Assembly: GCA_023137195.1 (NCBI GenBank)
Contig: JAGLPV010000028.1
Span: 1-27,105, forward strand
DNA length: 27,105 bases
Origin: Candidatus Aenigmatarchaeota archaeon
GTDB taxonomy: Archaea > EX4484-52
Reading direction: 5' to 3'
A program made the position numbers and the translations under genes. This document shows positions 1 through 6,035 of this stretch, in pieces (positions within the stretch are counted from its first letter, which is position 1; every line of letters starts with the position of its first letter). The notes beneath the pieces were generated by a model. It was not told the origin of the DNA. It was given only the letters and a program-made list of their open reading frames with translations, and ran no database searches.

Positions 1-328
1 CCAAGGGTGGGGGTGTTCACCCATTAAAGAGGATCATTAGCTGGGTTCAGAACGGCGCGAGCCAGTTCGGTTGCTATCTGTTGGAAGTGTCGATGTCTGA
101 GGGCAAACTCTGGAGAGTACGAAAGGAACACCAGAGTGGAGCCAATAGTGAACCAGTGATCTTACAAGGTCTCTGGGTAGCCACGCTCTAAGCGATAAGA
201 ACTGAAAGCATCTAAGTTCGAAGCGTCCCCCGAAAATAGACATGTAAAGTCCTTGTATAAGACAAGGTTGATAGGCTGAAAGTGTAATGCAAGTAATTGT
301 TTTAGCTGATCAGTACTAACAACTTTTG
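1..328 (+). rRNA. 23S rRNA, 3' portion (domains V-VI; 5'-truncated by the window, 3' end approximate)
   Basis: A-loop TGTTC (14-18), GCTGGGTT (40-47), H93 GGC-GCGA-GCC-A, archaeal-type GGTTGCTATCT, sarcin-ricin loop AGTACGAAAGGAAC (116-129) closed by CTCTGG/CCAGAG, CTGAAAGCATCTAA, GTTGATAGG and GTACTAA near the 3' end. Confidence 0.97.
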
Positions 329-443
329 GTATGTGTATTCCAAACCTAGAAACTATTAAACCTATGATTTCTCTTATTTTTTTATTGTTGTTAAAATTAT
401 GGATAAAATATGGAAGTTTATCTTTTTTTTACTCATAATTAAC

Positions 444-480
444 TTCTGCGTAAAAAGTCGTTAATAACTATTTTTAGGCA
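444..480. repeat. Direct repeat copy A flanking the Doc cassette
   Basis: TTCTGCGTAAAAAGTCGTTAATA (444-466) matches 1326-1348 at 21/23 positions, with weaker similarity continuing to about 480. Confidence 0.6.
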
Positions 481-547
481 AAAAGATAAATATATAAGTG
501 TGATAGTTGCTATTCATATAATAATAAGTTAATTAAAAGGGGTAAAT

Positions 548-652
548 ATGGGAAAAAATGAACTAAACATAGAAGATATAGTCAAAGAAGATTTAAACAG
601 ATTTATCTATACTCATAAAAATAAAAAATTAATTGATTCATTGGCAGATTAA
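548..652 (+). CDS. 34-aa small protein, putative minimal Doc antitoxin (not in the ORF track)
   Basis: ATG 548, TAA 650-652, SD-like AAGGGGT upstream. MGKNELNIEDIVKEDLNRFIYTHKNKKLIDSLAD. The C-terminus resembles the helical ...LxxLAx tail of Doc-partner antitoxins. Confidence 0.5.
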   Translation: MGKNELNIEDIVKEDLNRFIYTHKNKKLIDSLAD

Positions 653-660
653 ATTAATGT

Positions 661-1257
661 TTATTCTTCATTTTTATTCAAATCTTGTTGCATTTTAATT
701 ATTTCTTTTTTTAATTCTTCAGATACTACTAATTTGGAGATGTGTTTTTGAATAAAATTCTGACAATCCAGTTCTGTTTTATTACACTTTGCTACAGAGG
801 TTATAAATTTATAAGATTCATTAAACGGTAAATTTCCAATAGTGTATCCATTATATTCTAAGAAAGAATTACATGCTATTATGGCTGTTCTTTTATTTCC
901 ATCTGAAAAAGGATGTTTTGATGTGATATTATAAAAAATAAATGCAGCTTTTTTTCTCAATTTTTCTTTTTTATTTTCTGAATCATTATACATTTCTTTA
1001 ACATATTCCATTGTGTAATTCAAATTACTTTTGGACATATACCCTTTGCTTATTGGGTCATCGCTTTGTTCATACATTTTTATTATCAAGTTTCTCAAAA
1101 CAGAGATGTAATGTACAGATAAGTATATTATATCCTTATTTTCAAAATAATTTTTATTTTCTTTTTTAATAAATTTATCAAAAAACATATTAAAAAAAGA
1201 AGCAATTTTTATAAAATAATTATCTACTTTGTTTGATTCTTTTTTTTCTTTAGACAT
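661..1257 (-). CDS. Fic/Doc family protein (Doc-type toxin)
   Basis: Motif HPFSDGNKRTA (Doc-type K) preceded by KAAFIFYNITSK. Likely start is ATG 1257 (the ORF track starts at TTG 1296). Confidence 0.88.
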   Translation of the reverse strand: MSKEKKESNKVDNYFIKIASFFNMFFDKFIKKENKNYFENKDIIYLSVHYISVLRNLIIKMYEQSDDPISKGYMSKSNLNYTMEYVKEMYNDSENKKEKLRKKAAFIFYNITSKHPFSDGNKRTAIIACNSFLEYNGYTIGNLPFNESYKFITSVAKCNKTELDCQNFIQKHISKLVVSEELKKEIIKMQQDLNKNEE

Positions 1258-1325
1258 AGTATTATTATAATTAAAATAATTTAAAATATTGCTCAATATA
1301 ACTTATTTTTCCTGAAAAGTATATA

Positions 1326-1360
1326 TTCTGCATAAAAAGTTGTTAATACTTTTTTGGTAA
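1326..1360. repeat. Direct repeat copy B flanking the Doc cassette, with palindromic core AAAAAGT-N7-ACTTTTT
   Basis: 21/23 identity to 444-466; perfect 7-bp inverted arms at 1334-1354. Confidence 0.6.
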
Positions 1361-1379
1361 GAGTCATGTATAAAAAGAG

Positions 1380-1751
1380 TTATAATGAATTAAGATGGTT
1401 TTCTATTTCTTCATGTGTCCTGCATGTAGTTGCTCTTCCGGCTTTTATATCTTTATCTGCTCTTTTTATGCTTTCTATTGAGTCTTGATTATTCAGGAAA
1501 ATGAATTCTTCTATTTCTTCTCTCACATCTACTTCTTTATTGAATTGAATAATTCCTGATGTCTCATCAGTCAGATTTTTTGGCTCCGGAAATTCCTCTA
1601 AATAAAGTTCTGTTGCTTCTTTTAAATTTTCAATTGCTTTATCTATTGTTTTTCCTTGGCTTATTGTTTGAGTTTCGGGACATTTGGCGACATACATATC
1701 TTCTTCTTTGTGTATAATTGCACTAAATATAGAAGTGTCTTTGTTTTTCAT
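1380..1751 (-). CDS. HicB-like (UPF0150) antitoxin with an atypical C-terminal extension
   Basis: N-terminal FSAIIHKEEDMYVAKCPE...SQGKTIDKAIENLKEATELYLE is the HicB-like signature. Confidence 0.82.
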   Translation of the reverse strand: MKNKDTSIFSAIIHKEEDMYVAKCPETQTISQGKTIDKAIENLKEATELYLEEFPEPKNLTDETSGIIQFNKEVDVREEIEEFIFLNNQDSIESIKRADKDIKAGRATTCRTHEEIENHLNSL

Positions 1752-1824
1752 GCCATTGGTAAACGATAGAAATTTATATACTTATCCATGGGAATATAAT
1801 CTACAAAACTATTGCACTATGCGC

Positions 1825-2154
1825 TTATCCTAAAACTAAAACTTTTTTAATCATCCTTTCAATTTCTTTTAATGTATTGTTTTCAAGCACGCCCATTTTA
1901 CTAATCAATCTTTTTCTGTCAATAGCGCGCATCTGAAATGTTAGAGCAATAGATTTTGATTTCAATCCATTCAATTGTGAAGGAATTACTTCAATTGTAT
2001 GGATGAATCTTAGTGCCTGTATGTTGGAGGTAAAGGGGATAATGATTACTGTATTTGCTTCGCTTTCTGAAAGAATGAGAACTGGTCTTGTTCCTCCCTG
2101 CTCATGACCATTAGCCAGAGGAATTTTTACAAACCATATATCTCCTTTCTTCAT
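1825..2154 (-). CDS. mazF: PemK/MazF family endoribonuclease toxin
   Basis: MKKGDIWFV...GHEQGGTRPVLILS...IIPFTS...QMRAIDRKRL...G pattern. Confidence 0.92.
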   Translation of the reverse strand: MKKGDIWFVKIPLANGHEQGGTRPVLILSESEANTVIIIPFTSNIQALRFIHTIEVIPSQLNGLKSKSIALTFQMRAIDRKRLISKMGVLENNTLKEIERMIKKVLVLG

Positions 2155-2357
2155 AGTGATTTTTCAAAATTATTCAAGGCTTCATCGCTCAAATCATCCC
2201 ATATGTTAAGTTCCTGCTTTAAGTTTATTTGTTTTTGGATTGTGTCAATATAAAGCAAAACTGCTCTTTCCATAATCTCTGTCTCATCGAAACCAAGCGT
2301 TTTTGATGCATTTTTCAGTTTTTCACTTGTTGTTTTTGTTAGTTGCATTCTTGCCAT
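2151..2357 (-). CDS. Putative antitoxin of the MazF toxin (RHH-like N-terminus, acidic C-terminus)
   Basis: ATGA overlap with mazF; C-terminal WDDLSDEALNNFE; likely start ATG 2357, about 25 bp after a TATA box. Confidence 0.72.
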   Translation of the reverse strand: MARMQLTKTTSEKLKNASKTLGFDETEIMERAVLLYIDTIQKQINLKQELNIWDDLSDEALNNFEKSL

Positions 2358-2378
2358 AGTAGTAATGGACGACAAAAA

Positions 2379-2388
2379 TTTATATAAT
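2379..2388 (-). promoter_or_regulatory. Archaeal TATA box for the antitoxin-mazF operon
   Basis: TTATATAAA on the minus strand about 25 bp upstream of ATG 2357; a homologous copy lies at 1772-1781 upstream of the hicB-like gene. Confidence 0.55.
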
Positions 2389-2389
2389 T

Positions 2390-2550
2390 ATCCACGGAAG
2401 ACAATCCACGGGAAGACACAAGAAGACACAGGAACATAGAGGAAGCGAATAAATCGGTTTCTATCGGTTCCGTGCGTTCTGTAGATTAGATTGGTTTTTT
2501 AACTGTTTCTTTCCCTCCAGTTCCCGTGGGTTCCGTGCGTTCCTGTGGAT
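2390..2550 (+). repeat. Palindromic element R1 (compound/nested)
   Basis: Two left ends (ATCCACGG at 2390 and 2404) and two right ends (GGTTCCGTGCGTTCTGTAGAT 2466-2486; TTCCCGTGGGTTCCGTGCGTTCCTGTGGAT 2521-2550). Confidence 0.9.
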
Positions 2551-2589
2551 AAAAGAGAATGGTTAAAAAATGTAAGGGTAAAAAGGTAT

Positions 2590-2979
2590 ATGGAAGATGC
2601 GTCTGCCAAGAAATGGTTATACAATGAGTTGACTGATAAAATTATTGGTGCGGCGATAGAGGTTCATCGTCAATTGGGGACTGGTTTTTTGGAGTATGTT
2701 TACGAGGAGGCTTTGTGCCATGAACTGGATTTGAGAAAAATTTCTTTTGAACGTCAAAAGGAACTGGATATTCATTATAAAGAATTGGTGATACCTCGAA
2801 AATACAAACCGGATTTGATTGTAGAGGATAAGATTATAGTTGAATTGAAGGCAATATCTGTGTTGTGTGGGATTGAAGAGGCGCAGTTGTTGAATTATCT
2901 GAAAGCTACGAATATGCGGGTCGGGTTGTTGTTGAATTTCGGCAGGAAGACTATCGATGTGAGGAGGAAAATTCTATGA
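2590..2979 (+). CDS. GxxExxY family protein (PD-(D/E)XK nuclease-like)
   Basis: LTDKIIGAAIEVHRQLGTGFLEYVY, PDLIVEDKIIVELKA, QLLNYLKAT...GLLLNFG. Likely start is ATG 2590 (the ORF-track GTG 2545 lies inside repeat R1). Confidence 0.93.
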   Translation: MEDASAKKWLYNELTDKIIGAAIEVHRQLGTGFLEYVYEEALCHELDLRKISFERQKELDIHYKELVIPRKYKPDLIVEDKIIVELKAISVLCGIEEAQLLNYLKATNMRVGLLLNFGRKTIDVRRKIL

Positions 2980-2981
2980 CA

Positions 2982-3081
2982 ATCCACGGGAAGACACAGG
3001 AAGGCACAGGAAGGCGTAGGAACCTAGGGGAAAAAGAATCACTTTCTCATGGTTCCCGTGGTTTCCGTGCGTTCCGTGGAT
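2982..3081 (+). repeat. Palindromic element R2
   Basis: AATCCACGG (2981-2989) / CCGTGGATT (3074-3082) perfect terminal inverted repeat; left arm (GxCACAGGAA)n, right arm TTCCCGTGGTTTCCGTGCGTTCCGTGGAT. Confidence 0.92.
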
Positions 3082-3103
3082 TTTATTGGGGGAGTGAGTT
3101 AAG

Positions 3104-4537
3104 ATGAATCAGGATGAATTGAAAGTCATATTACAAAAAGGAGAAGGGCAATTTATAGAATTTAAAGAATCTGCAAAGGGTCTTGACAAAGAGATAGTTG
3201 CTTTTGCAAATGCGGGCGGAGGAAAACTCTTTGTAGGGATAAGTGATAAGAATGAAATAAAGGGAATTAATATTACAAATAAGCTAAGATCTGATGTGCA
3301 GGATATTGCGAGGAATTGCGACCCTTCTGTGAAAATTGATTTAGAGGAAATAGATAATATTATGCTGGTGAGGGTAGAAGAAGGAACAGACAAGCCGTAT
3401 AAATGCAGGGAAGGATTTTATTTAAGACAGGGCGCAAATTCCCAGAAACTAAAGAGAGATGAAATAATTGATTTTGCGATAACTGAAGGCAAAATTAAAT
3501 TTGATTGCCAGATAAACAATAAGTTTGATTTTCTCCAGGATTTTGACGAGGAAAAATTAGATAGATATCTGGAACTTGCAGGAATAGAAAAAAATATTAG
3601 TGTGGAAAGTACATTGGTCAATTTGGGTGTGGCTGTAAAAAAGGGGAAAGAATTTTTCTTTAATAATACAGGGGTTCTTTTTTTCTCCAAAAACCCGGGA
3701 AATTTCTTTTTTTCATCAAAAGTTATCTGCGTCAATTACCAGACTGATGAAAAAGTGAATATCCTCGACAGGAAAATATTTGACCAGGGGCTTATTGATA
3801 ACATAGAAGAGGCAATTAATTATGCAAAGAAGCACATTGATACTGAATTTGAAATTAAAGATTTGGCAAGAAAAGAGATACCTCAATATCCATATGAAGC
3901 AACCAGAGAATGTATAGTCAATGCTATTATGCATAGGGATTATTTTGACGATACGGGGGATATTTTAATAGAGATATTTAAGCACAAAATAGTTGTGTCC
4001 AATCCCGGTGGTCTGGTTAGTGGATTGAAGCCTGAAGATTTTGGAAAAGTCAGCAGGACAAGAAATACTCTTGTTGCTGACCTGCTATTGAGGACAATAT
4101 ATGTTGAAAAACTTGGGACTGGTATCAATAGGATAAAAAACCATATGGAATCGGCAAATCTTCCTGCTCCTTTATTTGAGTACGACAAGCATTCTTTTTT
4201 TGTAACTTTGTTTGATAAGAGTTATGTGGAAGGCGAGAAGGTAGGAGAAAAGGTAGGAGAAAAGGTAGGAGAAAATCAAAAGAAAATATTGAGATTAATT
4301 AGGGAAAATGCATATATTACCTATAATGAACTGTCAGAGAAGATTAAGATAAGTGAAAAAAGCATTTATCAGAATATCTCAAAATTAAAGGAGAAAAAAA
4401 TCATTGAAAGAATTGGTCCGGACAAAGGGGGCTACTGGAAACTATCCACGGAAGACACAGGATGCGGGAAAATCAATAGATTTTCTGCACATTCAACTTC
4501 GTTGAATGACACACAGGAACATAGAGGAAGCGAATAA
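3104..4537 (+). CDS. AlbA_2 (Schlafen-like) domain + RecG-C/HATPase-like domain + C-terminal HTH protein (often annotated ATP-dependent DNA helicase RecG-like or transcriptional regulator)
   Basis: GEGQFIEFKE...AFANAGGG.LFVG; REcIVNAIMHRDY; SNPGGL; RN.LvADL; EKLGTGI; HTH ending RIGPDKGGYW. Confidence 0.9.
   Translation: MNQDELKVILQKGEGQFIEFKESAKGLDKEIVAFANAGGGKLFVGISDKNEIKGINITNKLRSDVQDIARNCDPSVKIDLEEIDNIMLVRVEEGTDKPYKCREGFYLRQGANSQKLKRDEIIDFAITEGKIKFDCQINNKFDFLQDFDEEKLDRYLELAGIEKNISVESTLVNLGVAVKKGKEFFFNNTGVLFFSKNPGNFFFSSKVICVNYQTDEKVNILDRKIFDQGLIDNIEEAINYAKKHIDTEFEIKDLARKEIPQYPYEATRECIVNAIMHRDYFDDTGDILIEIFKHKIVVSNPGGLVSGLKPEDFGKVSRTRNTLVADLLLRTIYVEKLGTGINRIKNHMESANLPAPLFEYDKHSFFVTLFDKSYVEGEKVGEKVGEKVGENQKKILRLIRENAYITYNELSEKIKISEKSIYQNISKLKEKKIIERIGPDKGGYWKLSTEDTGCGKINRFSAHSTSLNDTQEHRGSE
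4232..4275 (+). repeat. In-frame 12-bp tandem repeat (GEKV)x3
   Basis: GAAAAGGTAGGA units encoding GEKVGEKVGEKVGE in the linker before the HTH. Confidence 0.85.
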
Positions 4538-4598
4538 ATAGGGTTTCTGACTGTTTCTTTTTCACCGGTTCCCGTGGGTTCCGTGCGTTCCCGTAGAT
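4444..4598 (+). repeat. Palindromic element R3 with internal double-hairpin module
   Basis: ATCCACGGAAGACACAGGA...TTCCCGTGGGTTCCGTGCGTTCCCGTAGAT; internal GAAAATC-AATA-GATTTTC and CATTCAAC-TTC-GTTGAATG. Confidence 0.93.
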
Positions 4599-4772
4599 AT
4601 CCACGGAAGACACAGGATGCGGGAAAATCAATAGATTTTCTGCACATTCAACTTCGTTGAATGACACACAGGGACATAGAGGAAGCGAATAAATAGTTTT
4701 CTAACCGTTTCTTTCCCATCGTTTCTTATCGTTTCTCATCGTTTCCCGTGGGTTCCGTGCGTTCCTGTGGAT
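4599..4772 (+). repeat. Palindromic element R4, tandem copy of R3
   Basis: First 98 nt are 97/98 identical to R3; the spacer carries ATCGTTTCYY x3 (4718-4747); ends GTTCCTGTGGAT. Confidence 0.93.
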
Positions 4773-4801
4773 TGTTTTCAGGGCGAGTGAATTGGGGCGT
4801 C

Positions 4802-4817
4802 GGTAAAGATTTATAAT
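4802..4817 (+). promoter_or_regulatory. BRE + TATA box for the flippase gene
   Basis: GGTAAAGATTTATAAT about 22 bp before ATG 4838; a similar GTAAAGATATTTATAAT lies at 6001-6017 before the acetyltransferase. Confidence 0.55.
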
Positions 4818-4837
4818 TCTACATCTCTAAACATGTT

Positions 4838-6004
4838 ATGAAAGCAAAACTAAAATCCCTGTTGCAAAGCGACCTGTTAATCAATTCAGGGATGATATTT
4901 TCTGCTTCGTTTTTCGGGGCGTTGTTTATGTTTGTTTCTAATTTGGTTCTTTCCCGGGTGTTTGGTCCTGCTGATTTTGGGATGTATAAGACTGTGTTGG
5001 GGTTGTTTATGTTTGTTCCTGCGCTGGTTGATTTCGGGGGGTCGGCTACGTTGACTAAGTATATTGCGGAGTTTTTGGCGAAAAAGGAAGAGAGGAAGAT
5101 TAATTATCTTGTGCGGTTCTTTTTTAGTGTTAAGGTTACTGCGTCTTTTGTTGTGGGGGGGCTGGCTTATTTGTTCCGGTCTGAGATTGCGGTTGTGTTT
5201 TTGAAGGATGCGTCTTTGGCTTATCTTGTTTTGCCGGGGGCGGTTCTGGCTGTGTTTGCTGTATTTGAGTTGTCGAAGCCTGTCGTTACGGGGTTTCAGA
5301 AGTTCAAACTGTTGAGTGTGTCTAACTTTCTTAGTGCCGGGGCGATAGGGGTTGCTTCTGTGGTGCTTGGGTATTATTGGGGGGTGTATTGGGCTATTGT
5401 CGGATGGGCTGTCGGGTATTTTATCGGGAATTTGATTAATTTTAAGTTTATGGTTGATTGGGGGTTGTTCCGGAAGGTTGAAAGGTTTGATATAATGAGC
5501 GTGTTGAGGAGGTATAGTTTGCCTATGTATGGGATGTATCTTTTGAATATGTTTAATGTTGTGATTATTCCTGTTTTGTCGTTGTTTTTTGCGCCCGTGT
5601 TGATTGGGTATTATGGGTTTGCTTGGACTTTTTATGCCGGGATTTTGTTGATTCCTGCGGCTTTATCAAGAGTTTTATTTCCTAAAATATCGGAATTGAT
5701 TGGGAGGAATGATTTGAGAGGGGCTCAAAATATTCTTAAAAAGATATTTTTGTATTATAGCATAATAGTTTTGGTTGGGATAGTCGGAGTTTTATTCCTT
5801 TCTGAATTTGTTGTTATGTCGGTTGCTCCTATGTATTTGCCTGGTTTGTTCATTTTTAAGGTATTGAATATTACTGGGCTATTGTTAGGGTATTTGTTTA
5901 TATTGAATGGTTATTATAATGGAACGGGTCAGGTTAAAAAGAGCATATTGTCTATGGTAATTTACAATGTGTTGTTGCTGATAGTGAGTTTTTGGATTAT
6001 GTAA
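4838..6004 (+). CDS. Oligosaccharide flippase (Wzx/MOP family)
   Basis: About 11-12 hydrophobic segments; SRVFGPADFGMY, DFG...LTKYIAE, GYY..A...IP.ALSRVLFPKIS. Confidence 0.88.
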   Translation: MKAKLKSLLQSDLLINSGMIFSASFFGALFMFVSNLVLSRVFGPADFGMYKTVLGLFMFVPALVDFGGSATLTKYIAEFLAKKEERKINYLVRFFFSVKVTASFVVGGLAYLFRSEIAVVFLKDASLAYLVLPGAVLAVFAVFELSKPVVTGFQKFKLLSVSNFLSAGAIGVASVVLGYYWGVYWAIVGWAVGYFIGNLINFKFMVDWGLFRKVERFDIMSVLRRYSLPMYGMYLLNMFNVVIIPVLSLFFAPVLIGYYGFAWTFYAGILLIPAALSRVLFPKISELIGRNDLRGAQNILKKIFLYYSIIVLVGIVGVLFLSEFVVMSVAPMYLPGLFIFKVLNITGLLLGYLFILNGYYNGTGQVKKSILSMVIYNVLLLIVSFWIM

Positions 6005-6035
6005 AGATATTTATAATTGAGGAATAGTTGATAAT

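Noticed and set aside
37-243. 68-aa minus-strand ORF
   Set aside because: Antisense shadow of 23S rRNA
2545-2589. N-terminal extension of GxxExxY from GTG 2545 (likewise the extended starts at 19379, 16997, 20189)
   Set aside because: These starts lie within a repeat or an upstream gene; downstream ATGs match family N-termini better
2390-3081. Canonical integron attC sites or an IS element
   Set aside because: Ends lack the RYYYAAC/GTTRRRY boxes, and no integrase or transposase is in the window. The flanking AT cannot be distinguished from part of the inverted repeat, so no target-site duplication is claimed
4232-4275. 12-bp tandem repeat as a phase-variation switch
   Set aside because: Unit length is a multiple of three, and such tetrapeptide linkers are common in this protein family
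4432-4667. Short ORFs over R3/R4 (and 18187-18498, 18275-18481 over R5)
   Set aside because: Incidental frames through the repeat family, with no promoter or protein-family features
4444-4772. Possible CRISPR array or mini-array
   Set aside because: Units are 155-174 bp with related, low-complexity interiors rather than 25-45-bp repeats with unique spacers; no cas genes are present
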